A DNA stretch of 35,312 nucleotides from an uncultured Muribaculaceae bacterium (lineage in GTDB: Bacteria; Bacillota_I; Bacilli_A; RF39; UBA660), in assembly GCA_964440405.1 (NCBI GenBank), contig CAYTSB010000003.1:1-35312 (forward strand), written 5' to 3'. Position numbers and translations under genes: made by a program. The notes below the pieces were generated by a model. That model searched no databases. It was not told the DNA's origin and was given only the letters and a program-made list of their open reading frames with translations. Within the stretch, counting starts at the first letter, position 1. The number at the start of each line of letters is the position of its first letter. Positions 1 through 8,552 of the stretch are shown here, piece after piece.

Positions 1-186
1 AGCAATAGTTTTTATGCTGGACCTGATATGAATTCTAATTTAAACAATGATTTAGAAAGCAGACTAGCAAAAATAGAAAGACAAATTCATCGTTTAGAAT
101 CCAGAGTTTCTAAATTGGAAACTACTCTTCCTAACGCTTATGCGACAGATGACATTGAAATTAACAATAACATGTATATGATTTAA
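1..186 (+). CDS. 3' end of an unidentified protein (5'-partial at window edge) with a C-terminal coiled-coil-like segment
   Basis: Frame 1 is open from base 1 to TAA at 184-186 (...DLESRLAKIERQIHRLESRVSKLETTLPNAYATDDIEINNNMYMI*). Too short for the ORF track. No family recognised. Confidence 0.35.
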   Translation, partial: SNSFYAGPDMNSNLNNDLESRLAKIERQIHRLESRVSKLETTLPNAYATDDIEINNNMYMI

Positions 187-1853
187 TTCTTATAACTTAT
201 CTTACCAAAGGTAAGTTTTTTAATTATTTTATTTATTATTTCTTTGCCAAATATTTTGTCTAATAACCCCTGCTTATAAGTAATGAATAAATAGACAAAG
301 CCACCAATTAAAGCATTCATTAAAATAAATAGAATTGAAGATACCCTGTTAGATGAGTTATAAGGTATTAATAGTTTTAATACAATTAAAACTGCGGCCA
401 TAGCTATTGTTGGTAAAATTAGTTTTAATGAGACTTTCAAAGTATCTTTAACATCAATGTTATGGTCTTTTTTAAGCACTCTTAAAGCAATAGCGATGGA
501 GATTGTATAACCGATTGCTGTTGATAATAATGCTCCGTAAAATGGATAAATGTTAATTTTATCAAATAAAAGCATTAAAGGAACATCTAATAAAGCATTT
601 ATTAAGAAACCTAAAATAGTACTTAAATAAACAGTTTTAAATTTATTTAGTCCTTGCAAAGTCGAACCACTAACCATATATAAATTAGAAAATAGAACCG
701 TAAAAATACTTAATTTAAAGATAATTGGGCCATAATGGCTAGGACCATAAAATGATGTCCAAGCCGGAACAGCTAAAATAGATAAAGCAACTGTTGCCGG
801 AAGTGATATTATTAAAATAATTTGGAAAGCTCTATTTACCTTACTTTTAATGTCCATAAAATCCTTTTTAACAAAAGATGAAACAATATTAGGAATCAAA
901 CTAACTGTAAGTCCTGATGCCAATGCTCCAACAATCATATTTAATTTTGCACCCAAAGTTGTAATTGCATTCGTAATAAATTCAGCGTCTATTGCTTCAT
1001 ATCCCAAATAACTTAAAGTTCTTAAAATTAAAACCATATTAGTAAAACTATAAATACTGGCTGTAATATTAATAATTATAAAGGGAATAGCATAAGAAAT
1101 GATTTTTCTTAATATTTCTTTAGAGGTAATTTTATCAATCTTTCGGTCTTCATATAAATTAAGTTTTTCCTTGTTTTTTTTCATCTTAACAAAGACATAA
1201 ACACAAGCGGCTAGTCCACCAATAAATGCTCCAAAAACCGCTACTCCTACTGAATTTTTAATACCTAAATCCAATACTTTTAAAGTGACATAACTACCAA
1301 TTAAAATAACAAATATTCTAACTACTTGTTCAATTATTAAGCTCATAGATGATGGTGCAATATAGTTGTGCCCCTGTAAATATCCTTTAGTAATGCTTAA
1401 AAATGGAATAACTAAAATAGCAAATGAAATACATCTTATAACAAAAGCGACATCACCAATTGTATTTCCGCCTTGCAAATCACCGAGGATAAGAACTCCT
1501 ATTTCTCTGGCAAAAACAAATAGTAAAATAAAACTAACGAAAGAAATAATTGTAATTAGTTTAGTCCCAATTTTATAAGCTCTTACTTTAGCTTCAATCA
1601 ATCCTAAAGTGTTATACTCATTAATGATTTTAGAAATAGCAATAGGAAGTCCTGCTGAAGATATTTCTAAAAACAGATTATAAATATTATAGGCATAACC
1701 ATATAAAGCACTACCTTGAGAACCAACCGTTGCATAAAAAGGAATAATATATAGCATTCCAATAAGTTTAACTATTATAATCGCTATTGTAGCAATTAGT
1801 GTTCCTTCAACAAAGGAATTTTTTTTCATTTTTAACCACTCATTCTTCTTCAT
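183..1853 (-). CDS. MOP-superfamily polysaccharide/lipid II flippase, MurJ(YtgP)/SpoVB family
   Basis: 556-aa ORF, hydrophobic helices throughout. N-terminal pattern KLIGMLYIIPFYATVGSQGSALYGYAYNIY...AGLPIAISK is typical of YtgP/SpoVB-type Polysacc_synt proteins. Start could instead be the ATG at 1829 (MKKNSF...). Confidence 0.75.
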   Translation of the reverse strand: MKKNEWLKMKKNSFVEGTLIATIAIIIVKLIGMLYIIPFYATVGSQGSALYGYAYNIYNLFLEISSAGLPIAISKIINEYNTLGLIEAKVRAYKIGTKLITIISFVSFILLFVFAREIGVLILGDLQGGNTIGDVAFVIRCISFAILVIPFLSITKGYLQGHNYIAPSSMSLIIEQVVRIFVILIGSYVTLKVLDLGIKNSVGVAVFGAFIGGLAACVYVFVKMKKNKEKLNLYEDRKIDKITSKEILRKIISYAIPFIIINITASIYSFTNMVLILRTLSYLGYEAIDAEFITNAITTLGAKLNMIVGALASGLTVSLIPNIVSSFVKKDFMDIKSKVNRAFQIILIISLPATVALSILAVPAWTSFYGPSHYGPIIFKLSIFTVLFSNLYMVSGSTLQGLNKFKTVYLSTILGFLINALLDVPLMLLFDKINIYPFYGALLSTAIGYTISIAIALRVLKKDHNIDVKDTLKVSLKLILPTIAMAAVLIVLKLLIPYNSSNRVSSILFILMNALIGGFVYLFITYKQGLLDKIFGKEIINKIIKKLTFGKISYKN

Positions 1854-2016
1854 ACATCACCAAAGCTGAAAAGCAATATATCTGCTCATCACCAAACATT
1901 GATGTAGATACTTGAAACTTTATATCAATTATAACATTCTTTGTTGAAGAAAGATATTCGTTTAATGATTTTTCTAAATCTTTTTCATGACTTTCGTCAA
2001 ATACTTTTACCCGCAC
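1840..2016 (-). CDS. cse60: Cse60-like small sporulation protein (58 aa), below the ORF-track size cutoff
   Basis: Hand translation: (GTG)MRVKVFDESHEKDLEKSLNEYLSSTKNVIIDIKFQVSTSMFGDEQIYCFSALVMYEEE*. AGGTGA SD lies 4 nt upstream of the GTG. The pattern VKxFDxxHEKDLExxxNxxL...IDIKxQV...YCFSAxxxY matches my recollection of Bacillus Cse60 (YteV). The 3' end overlaps the flippase ATG by 14 nt. Confidence 0.6.
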   Translation of the reverse strand: MRVKVFDESHEKDLEKSLNEYLSSTKNVIIDIKFQVSTSMFGDEQIYCFSALVMYEEE

Positions 2017-2055
2017 AAAATCACCTAAGATGATTTTAAGGCTTAAAGTCCAATT

Positions 2056-2535
2056 TTATTGTCGATTTTGGCTATATTCTTTTACAAAACAACTAGAAGT
2101 ATTATTATATTTAATAAATGCCTTAAAATTGGCATCAAAGTTATCTAAATCTTCTTCATAATTAATATAACCAATTAAAATAATTCCTTTAACTTTATTT
2201 TCTTTTTCATTTATTTCATCAGGATCTAAATGCAATTTGGTTTCATATATTCCAGTATTAGGAAAAACATCATCAGTTTTATAATTATGAATTATTATAG
2301 CTTCGATATTATTAATATTTTCTTTAGGATTATCAATATATAAACGATAAACTAAATAATTATCAATTAATTCATTTAAAGTAAATTCAACACTAAAAGG
2401 AACTTCATCAGTTCTATCACAATTATTAGCCAAATCAAGCATTTGATAATATTCTTTCTCTAATATTTGTTGTTCTTTAGAGTTACAGCTACTAACTGTT
2501 AAAATAATAATTAATAAGATTAATATTTTTTTCAT
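2056..2535 (-). CDS. Putative lipoprotein, unknown function
   Basis: MKKILILLIIILTVSSC: basic N-terminus, hydrophobic core, and VSSC fits the lipobox [LVI][ASTVI][GAS]C. The rest is Asn/Glu/Asp-rich with no recognised family. Confidence 0.7.
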   Translation of the reverse strand: MKKILILLIIILTVSSCNSKEQQILEKEYYQMLDLANNCDRTDEVPFSVEFTLNELIDNYLVYRLYIDNPKENINNIEAIIIHNYKTDDVFPNTGIYETKLHLDPDEINEKENKVKGIILIGYINYEEDLDNFDANFKAFIKYNNTSSCFVKEYSQNRQ

Positions 2536-2549
2536 TTAACATCCATTTT

Positions 2550-2578
2550 ATTATAGCATTTTAATGGTTAGCGAGCAA
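2550..2578 (-). promoter_or_regulatory. Sigma-A-type promoter candidate for the lipoprotein/cse60/flippase string
   Basis: Minus strand TTGCTC (2573-2578), 17 nt spacer, TGcTATAAT (extended -10, TATAAT = 2550-2555). The leader would be very short. Confidence 0.35.
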
Positions 2579-2679
2579 TTATTATTGTCTTTTAATTATA
2601 AAATTAAAAGGCTATTATATTTGGCCAAAGATATATTCATATTGATTAAGAACCGAACTATTTCAAAATAGTTAAAATA

Positions 2680-2703
2680 AAAGATTCTTTTTAAAGAATC
2701 TTT
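2680..2703 (-). terminator. Weak AT-rich hairpin after the orphan 168-aa gene
   Basis: AAAGATTCTT (2680-2689) / AAGAATCTTT (2694-2703), 10-bp stem, 4-nt loop, overlapping the stop codon. Followed on the minus strand by TTATTTT. Only two G:C pairs. Confidence 0.3.
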
Positions 2704-3208
2704 ATTCAAAGCTTTTTTTTAATTCCATATCAGCGATTGTCATTTGATCAGCTTCTAATACTACATTTAAACTATCCATAAATAGATTTAATTCTTCTGC
2801 TGACATTATACCACTATTATAGGCTGCACAAGCGATGGCAATATATTCTTGTTCATCTTCTTGTAACTCCCTAATAGTTTTATAAGTAACGCTTTGCGTA
2901 CCATCTTCCAATTGAGTAATACTTTCAATTGGTGAAACCACCTCATTTAAAACTTTACTGACATATTTTCTAGCCCCATTAATTATATCTTCTTTTTCCT
3001 TTAATGCAGCCGTAGTAAATATTTCTTTGGCTTTATCCTGAACTTCTAATTCCATTTTATTAATTGCCCATCTAAGTGCTTGTTCGGAATCATTAAATAC
3101 ATGTTTCTCACAATTATCTTTATTTGCTACAAGTGTTTCGTATGAAGCATATAATTGATCTAATGCAGATTTTTTCTCATTTAAAATCTTTAACTCATCT
3201 TCTAACAT
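2702..3208 (-). CDS. Hypothetical acidic, predicted alpha-helical protein (168 aa from the ATG at 3208)
   Basis: The ORF-track start at 3229 is a TTG. AAGGGAGGA SD sits 5 nt upstream of the ATG at 3208 (MLEDELKILNEKK...). Heptad-like N-terminus. No family recognised. Confidence 0.7.
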   Translation of the reverse strand: MLEDELKILNEKKSALDQLYASYETLVANKDNCEKHVFNDSEQALRWAINKMELEVQDKAKEIFTTAALKEKEDIINGARKYVSKVLNEVVSPIESITQLEDGTQSVTYKTIRELQEDEQEYIAIACAAYNSGIMSAEELNLFMDSLNVVLEADQMTIADMELKKSFE

Positions 3209-3231
3209 TTTAATCCTCCCTTTGAGCAACT

Positions 3232-3259
3232 ATTATAACACAAGAAGAAAAAAACACAA
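3232..3259 (-). promoter_or_regulatory. Promoter candidate for the orphan 168-aa gene
   Basis: Minus strand TTGTGT (3254-3259), 16 nt spacer, TGtTATAAT (TATAAT = 3232-3237). The -35 overlaps the tuf terminator. Confidence 0.35.
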
Positions 3260-3273
3260 TAGTTTTTATTGTG
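3248..3273 (-). terminator. Rho-independent terminator of tuf / str operon
   Basis: Minus strand CACAATA-aaaac-TATTGTG followed by TTTTTTT, 17 nt after the tuf stop. Confidence 0.6.
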
Positions 3274-3289
3274 CTTTAAAATAACTTAA

Positions 3290-4456
3290 TTATTTTTCAA
3301 TTTCTGATACAGATCCTGCTCCAACAGTACGTCCGCCTTCTCTAATAGAGAACTTAGTACCATTTTCAAGAGCAATCGGAGCAATAAGTTCAACAGTCAT
3401 GTCGATATTATCGCCAGGCATAACCATTTCTACTCCACTAGGTAATTCAATTACACCAGTAACATCTGTAGTTCTGAAATAAAATTGTGGTCTATAGTTT
3501 GAGAAGAATGGAGTATGACGTCCGCCTTCTTCTTTAGACAATACATATACTCTAGCTTTAAACTTAGTATGTGGGGTAACTGTTCCGGTTTTTGCTAATA
3601 CTTGGCCACGTTCGACCTCTTCACGAGCAACACCACGAAGTAATACTCCTGCATTATCTCCAGCTTCTGCATAATCTAATTGTTTTCTAAACATTTCGAT
3701 TCCAGTAACAACTGTTTTCTTTGTAGGTTTTAAACCAACAATTTCAACTTCATCATTAAGATTTAACTTACCACGTTCAACACGGCCAGTAACAACTGTA
3801 CCACGTCCTGAGATTGTAAATACATCTTCAATACTCATTAAGAATGGTTTATCAATATCACGAACTGGATTATCAATATAGCTATCAACTGCTGCCATTA
3901 ATTCTTTAATAGATTCTACTGCTTTTTCTTTGCCTTCAAGAGCTTTTAAAGCAGAGCCTCTAATAATTGGGCATTCAGCATCAAAATTGTATTCACCTAA
4001 TAATTCACGAATTTCCATTTCTACTAAATCTAGTAATTCTGGATCATCAACTTGGTCACATTTATTCATGTAAACAACAATTTTAGGTACTCCAACTTGA
4101 CGAGATAACAAAATATGTTCTCTAGTTTGTGGCATAGGTCCATCTGCAGCAGATACCACTAAGATAGCTCCATCCATTTGCGCAGCACCGGTAATCATAT
4201 TTTTAACATAGTCAGCATGTCCAGGGCAATCTACGTGAGCATAATGACGTGCGTCAGTTTCATACTCAACATGTGAAGTATTAATAGTAATACCTCTTTC
4301 CCTTTCTTCTGGGGCTTTATCAATATTTTCATATGATACGAAATCTCCAAAACATTTAGTAATAGCAGCCGTTAAGGTTGTTTTACCATGGTCGACATGT
4401 CCGATTGTTCCAATATTAACATGTGGTTTTGAACGGTTAAATTTTTGTCTTGCCAT
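3290..4456 (-). CDS. tuf: Elongation factor Tu
   Basis: [18 protein letters not shown] and NKCD G-motifs. Near-identity over long stretches to canonical EF-Tu (e.g. [14 protein letters not shown]). 388 aa. Confidence 0.98.
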   Translation of the reverse strand: MARQKFNRSKPHVNIGTIGHVDHGKTTLTAAITKCFGDFVSYENIDKAPEERERGITINTSHVEYETDARHYAHVDCPGHADYVKNMITGAAQMDGAILVVSAADGPMPQTREHILLSRQVGVPKIVVYMNKCDQVDDPELLDLVEMEIRELLGEYNFDAECPIIRGSALKALEGKEKAVESIKELMAAVDSYIDNPVRDIDKPFLMSIEDVFTISGRGTVVTGRVERGKLNLNDEVEIVGLKPTKKTVVTGIEMFRKQLDYAEAGDNAGVLLRGVAREEVERGQVLAKTGTVTPHTKFKARVYVLSKEEGGRHTPFFSNYRPQFYFRTTDVTGVIELPSGVEMVMPGDNIDMTVELIAPIALENGTKFSIREGGRTVGAGSVSEIEK

Positions 4457-4523
4457 TTTATTTTCCTCCTTTTTCTAACATAATTATTTTATCTAATGCT
4501 TGATGATTAATCAAGTATTATTT

Positions 4524-6596
4524 TTAGTTAATGCTGTTTTTCTTAATAATTTCTTCAGCAATACTTTTAGGTACTTCTTCGTAATGATCAAAAGTTGGTG
4601 TAAATGTACCACGACCTTGAGTGTTGCTACGTAGTGATGTAGCTAACCCAAACATTTCAGCAAGGGGCATCATAATGCTTATTTGTAAAGCATTGCCACG
4701 AGATTCTTGGCCCAGAGGTTTTCCTCTTCTACTAGTCAAGTCACCCATAACATTTCCCATATATTCTTCGGGAGTTACAACATCCACTTTCATTATCGGT
4801 TCTAATAATACCGGCTTACATTTATTTTTAGCTTCTTTTAAAGCCATTGAAGCGGCAATTTTGAATGCCATTTCTGAAGAGTCGACTTCGTGATATGAGC
4901 CATCAAATAAAGTTGCTTTAATATCTACTGCTGGATATCCAGCAACAATACCACCAGCCATTGCCTCTTGTAACCCTTTATCGGTTACTGGAATATATTC
5001 TCTTGGAACAACTCCACCAACAACTGCATCAACAAACTCATAGCCTTTACCAGGATTTGGTTCAAATTTGACCCAAACATGACCATATTGCCCACGTCCT
5101 CCTGATTGCTTAATATATTTGCCCTCACATTCAGCCATTTGAGTAATAGTTTCACGATAAGCAACTTGTGGCTTACCAACATTACACTCAACCCCAAATT
5201 CTCTTCTCATTCTTTCAACTAAAACATCTAAATGCAACTCACCCATACCACTAATAACTATTTGTCCAGTTTCATGATCGGATTTTTGTCTAAATGTTGG
5301 ATCTTCTTCAGCCAATTTTTGTAAAGCGATAGCCATTTTATCTTGATCATTTTTACTCTTTGGTTCAATTGCCAAATCAATAACCGGATCAGGAAAAGCC
5401 ATGCCTTTCATAATTACTGGATTTTTTTCTTCACATAAGGTATCAGCAGTAGTTGTGTTTTTTAGTCCGACAGCTGCAGCTATTTCGCCAGCAAATACGG
5501 CATCCGTTTCCTTACGGTTGTTAGCATGCATTTGAAGAATTCTTCCAATTCTTTCTTTTACACCCTTAGTAGAATTCATAACATATGATCCACTTTGCAA
5601 TACTCCTGAATAAATTCTAAAGAATGTTAACCTTCCAACAAATGGGTCAGTCATAATTTTGAATGCTAAAGCCGTAAATGGTTCATCATCACTTGGATGA
5701 CGTAATACTTCATTGCCATTTTTATCAATACATTCAATAGCTTCAATATCTAAAGGACTAGGCATATAATCAATAGCTGCATCCAAAGCAAATTTGATTC
5801 CCATATTTGATTTGGCACTTCCACACATAACTGGAAAGAATTTAACATCAAGAGTTCCTCTTCTAATTGCTTTTTTGATTAATTCTATAGGAGCTTCTTC
5901 TCCTTCTAAAAATTTCATCATCAAATCATCGTCAAAATCAGCTACGGTCTCAATTAACTTGGCCCTTTTTTCTTCTATTAAATCTTTTAAGTTTTCAGGA
6001 ATTTCAATTTCAGTAAAGTTTTCATGTTCTTCGCCATCATAATGATATGCTTTTCTTTCAATGATATCAACTAGGCCATTAAAATTTTCTTCAGAGCCGA
6101 TTGGCCATGCAATTGGCAATGCTAAAACGCCTAATCTTTTTTTAATAGATTCTAAACTAAATGCATAGTCAGCCCCAGTTTTATCCATTTTATTAGCAAA
6201 AATCATTCTTGGAACTTTAAATTCAGTAGCTTGACGCCAAACTGTTTCGGTTTGAGGTTCAACACCATTTTGAGCATCAATGACAGTTATTGCACCATCT
6301 AATACTCTTAAACTTCTTTGAACTTCTATTGTAAAATCAACGTGTCCTGGGGTATCAATAATATTAAAGCGATGTCCTTTCCAGTGAGCAGTTGTTGCTG
6401 CACTAGTAATCGTAATCCCTCTTTCTTTTTCTTGATCCATCCAGTCCATCTGGCTGGCACCATCATGAGTTTCTCCTATTTTATGAGTAATATTTGTATG
6501 AAATAATACTCTTTCGGTAAATGTGGTTTTTCCAGCATCAATATGAGCCATGATTCCAATATTTCTGACTTTGTCTAAAGTAACATCACGTTTCAT
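4524..6596 (-). CDS. fusA: Elongation factor G
   Basis: [17 protein letters not shown] and NKMD motifs. Start moved to the ATG at 6596 ([14 protein letters not shown]...), preceded by AGGTGAAAAT. The ORF-track start at 6611 would overlap rpsG. Confidence 0.97.
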   Translation of the reverse strand: MKRDVTLDKVRNIGIMAHIDAGKTTFTERVLFHTNITHKIGETHDGASQMDWMDQEKERGITITSAATTAHWKGHRFNIIDTPGHVDFTIEVQRSLRVLDGAITVIDAQNGVEPQTETVWRQATEFKVPRMIFANKMDKTGADYAFSLESIKKRLGVLALPIAWPIGSEENFNGLVDIIERKAYHYDGEEHENFTEIEIPENLKDLIEEKRAKLIETVADFDDDLMMKFLEGEEAPIELIKKAIRRGTLDVKFFPVMCGSAKSNMGIKFALDAAIDYMPSPLDIEAIECIDKNGNEVLRHPSDDEPFTALAFKIMTDPFVGRLTFFRIYSGVLQSGSYVMNSTKGVKERIGRILQMHANNRKETDAVFAGEIAAAVGLKNTTTADTLCEEKNPVIMKGMAFPDPVIDLAIEPKSKNDQDKMAIALQKLAEEDPTFRQKSDHETGQIVISGMGELHLDVLVERMRREFGVECNVGKPQVAYRETITQMAECEGKYIKQSGGRGQYGHVWVKFEPNPGKGYEFVDAVVGGVVPREYIPVTDKGLQEAMAGGIVAGYPAVDIKATLFDGSYHEVDSSEMAFKIAASMALKEAKNKCKPVLLEPIMKVDVVTPEEYMGNVMGDLTSRRGKPLGQESRGNALQISIMMPLAEMFGLATSLRSNTQGRGTFTPTFDHYEEVPKSIAEEIIKKNSIN

Positions 6597-6604
6597 ATTT
6601 TCAC

Positions 6605-7072
6605 CTACCATCTATAATGTGCAAATGCTTTGTTTGCTTCAGCCATTTTATGAGTATCTTCGCGCTTTTTAACAGACCCTCCAATACCTTTTGCGGCATC
6701 CATAATTTCATTAGCTAATTTTTCTGACATATTCTTGCCATTTCTTAATTTAGCATAATTTACTAACCAACGAAGAGCAAGTGATTGTGCTCTTGTTTCT
6801 CTAACTTCAATTGGAACTTGATAATTAGATCCTCCGACCCTTCTAGATTTAACTTCTAAAGCCGGTTTAATATTTTCCATTGCTTCTCTGTAAATATCTA
6901 AAGGATTTTTATTCGTTTGTTTTTCAACTATTTTAAATGCTTCATAAAGAATTTTTTGAGCTGTACCCTTTTGACCATCACTCATAATTTGGTTAATTAA
7001 TTTAGTAACCATTTTAGAATTATAAATTGGATCTGCGAGGACATCTCTTATTTCAGCTCTTCTTTTACGCAT
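6605..7072 (-). CDS. rpsG: 30S ribosomal protein S7
   Basis: 155 aa. ...[34 protein letters not shown]... is canonical S7, and the gene sits in the str-operon position. Confidence 0.97.
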   Translation of the reverse strand: MRKRRAEIRDVLADPIYNSKMVTKLINQIMSDGQKGTAQKILYEAFKIVEKQTNKNPLDIYREAMENIKPALEVKSRRVGGSNYQVPIEVRETRAQSLALRWLVNYAKLRNGKNMSEKLANEIMDAAKGIGGSVKKREDTHKMAEANKAFAHYRW

Positions 7073-7089
7073 ATTATCTTCCTTTCTCT

Positions 7090-7503
7090 CTATTTTTTAC
7101 TTTTTTTAGTACCATATTTACTACGGCTTTGTTTTCTATCGTTTACTCCCTGAGTATCTAAAGCTCCTCTTACAATGTGATAACGAACACCAATTAGGTC
7201 TTTAACACGACCACCTCTAACTAGAACAATACTATGTTCTTGTAAATTATGTCCTTCACCTGGAATATAAGTATCAACTTCACGACCATTACTTAATCTA
7301 ACACGAGCATACTTACGTAAAGCTGAGTTAGGTTTTTTTGGTGTTTTAGTTCCTACTCTGGTACATACCCCTCTTTTTTGAGGGCTTTTTGCATCGGTAG
7401 GTCTTCTTTCCAAACTGTTAAATCCAACATTTAAAACTGGGCTTTTGCTTTTTCTAGTTTTATTTTTACGATTCTTTTTTACTAATTGATTAATTGTTGG
7501 CAT
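7090..7503 (-). CDS. rpsL: 30S ribosomal protein S12
   Basis: [10 protein letters not shown]..., [20 protein letters not shown]. True start is the ATG at 7503 behind AAAGGAG; the ORF-track N-terminal extension is spurious. Confidence 0.97.
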   Translation of the reverse strand: MPTINQLVKKNRKNKTRKSKSPVLNVGFNSLERRPTDAKSPQKRGVCTRVGTKTPKKPNSALRKYARVRLSNGREVDTYIPGEGHNLQEHSIVLVRGGRVKDLIGVRYHIVRGALDTQGVNDRKQSRSKYGTKKSKK

Positions 7504-7556
7504 ATTTTCTCCTTTCATATACACATATCCTAGTGTGTCCAAATGTTTATTTTAAT

Positions 7557-7577
7557 AGGTTTCACCTAAGGAAACCT
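7557..7577 (-). promoter_or_regulatory. Hairpin in the rpsL 5' leader
   Basis: AGGTTTC (7557-7563) / GAAACCT (7571-7577), 7-bp stem, 7-nt loop, located between the predicted promoter and the rpsL SD. Confidence 0.3.
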
Positions 7578-7597
7578 TAAAAATTAAGCACGATAAT

Positions 7598-7626
7598 AAT
7601 ATAACAATTTATTATATGTAAGTCAA
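7598..7626 (-). promoter_or_regulatory. Sigma-A promoter of the str operon
   Basis: Minus strand TTGACT (7621-7626), 17 nt spacer, TGtTATATT (extended -10, 7598-7603), about 95 nt upstream of the rpsL ATG. Confidence 0.5.
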
Positions 7627-7650
7627 GAAAAAAATAATCTTATTTTTAAT

Positions 7651-7980
7651 TTATTTATTTTTATAATTAGTACATTCTAAATAAGGGGTGTATTTTAAGC
7701 CAAGAAAATACTTACTGACTTTGACATAACCTTCACACTCTTCATCTTTAATATTAAAATTTTCTTCTTGGTATTCTTTTTTTAAATCTTCAAGATTTAT
7801 CTTAAAAGGTTCAGTATATTTAAAATCCTTAATATCGTTAACATATTTTCTAGCATAGTTTTTCATATTCATTTCTAAGGCTTTGTAATTTTCAATTTTT
7901 TTAAATTTAAAACCTAAAATTGTCATTAAAGTAAAAATACAAAGAATAATTATACCCCAAACAATTGATATTTTTTTCAT
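7651..7980 (-). CDS. Membrane-anchored paralogue of the upstream pilin-like protein
   Basis: N-terminal TM helix (ISIVWGIIILCIFTLMTILGF). C-terminal half aligns to the neighbour: ARKYVND...INLEDL...IKD..CEGYVKV...YTPYLECTNY. ATGA overlap with the upstream gene. Confidence 0.6.
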   Translation of the reverse strand: MKKISIVWGIIILCIFTLMTILGFKFKKIENYKALEMNMKNYARKYVNDIKDFKYTEPFKINLEDLKKEYQEENFNIKDEECEGYVKVSKYFLGLKYTPYLECTNYKNK

Positions 7981-8432
7981 TTCTCATCCAGGCTTTCTTG
8001 ATAACCTGATGTCGTATAATTAAGGCAATTGATATATGGTTTATAAGTAACATAATCAGCATTTTCATAAATAATTTTAACATATCCTGAACAAGTTGAA
8101 TTGGTTTTCAAATCTTTAATTGAAGTTATAATGTTTTTGTTAACTAGGGTTTTTAAACTTACTACAATATCACCAGTTATTTCTTCATCATAGTGATTAT
8201 TAACATATTTAACAGCTCCATTTTTTAATTTATATTCCAAGTCACTATAAAAATATTTCTGACCGTTATTATCACTATTATTAACTGGATTACTACTCTT
8301 AATCACATTATTTGCTTCTAAATTATTATATAAACGATAGATAAAGAAAACAGCAATTCCTAAAAAAATTATCAATACTGTCATTAGGACAATCATTTCT
8401 GTAAATCCCCAACCTTTATTATTTAATTTCAT
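7977..8432 (-). CDS. Prepilin/pseudopilin-like protein
   Basis: MKLNNKG|WGFTEMIVLMTVLIIF: a basic residue plus Gly followed by a hydrophobic helix, with Glu at +5 if cleaved after Gly7 (class III signal-like). C-terminal CSGYVKI...YKPYINCLNY Cys pair resembles a pilin D-region. Confidence 0.55.
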   Translation of the reverse strand: MKLNNKGWGFTEMIVLMTVLIIFLGIAVFFIYRLYNNLEANNVIKSSNPVNNSDNNGQKYFYSDLEYKLKNGAVKYVNNHYDEEITGDIVVSLKTLVNKNIITSIKDLKTNSTCSGYVKIIYENADYVTYKPYINCLNYTTSGYQESLDEK

Positions 8433-8449
8433 TTCGTCACCTAATTAAA

Positions 8450-8478
8450 ATTATAGTATATAAAATCAAATAAATCAA
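8450..8478 (-). promoter_or_regulatory. Promoter candidate for the pilin-like gene pair
   Basis: Minus strand TTGATT (8473-8478), 17 nt spacer, TATAAT (8450-8455), then AGGTGA SD and the ATG at 8432. The -35 lies inside the 31-nt palindrome. Confidence 0.45.
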
Positions 8479-8498
8479 ATTATTAATTTGATTTATTT
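8468..8498. repeat. 31-nt perfect palindrome (15+1+15): clpC terminator hairpin and/or operator
   Basis: AAATAAATCAAATTA-T-TAATTTGATTTATTT, verified base by base. On the minus strand it is followed by GATTTTAT. It lies 55 nt after the clpC stop and overlaps the -35 of the next promoter. Confidence 0.5.
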
Positions 8499-8552
8499 AA
8501 GAAGAAATTATCCAAGGATCAGCCCTGGGACAAGTCTTGATTTTTGTGGATG

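Noticed and set aside
4499-4515. Hairpin CTTGAT-gatta-ATCAAG between fusA and tuf as a terminator
   Set aside because: Only 6 bp and not followed by a U-run on the minus strand. fusA-tuf are normally co-transcribed.
6597-6611. N-terminal extensions proposed by the ORF track for fusA (6611), rpsL (7542), tpiA (21001), tsaE (34809), the orphan gene (3229), femAB-like (22245) and the response regulator (26607)
   Set aside because: In each case an internal ATG, preceded by a good SD at proper spacing, reproduces the canonical family N-terminus. The extensions overlap upstream genes or lack an SD.
8500-8552. G+C-richer island right after the clpC stop as a structured RNA or tRNA fragment
   Set aside because: I could not find a stable stem-loop or any tRNA or riboswitch signature. 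It is too short to interpret, and is noted under the palindrome finding only.
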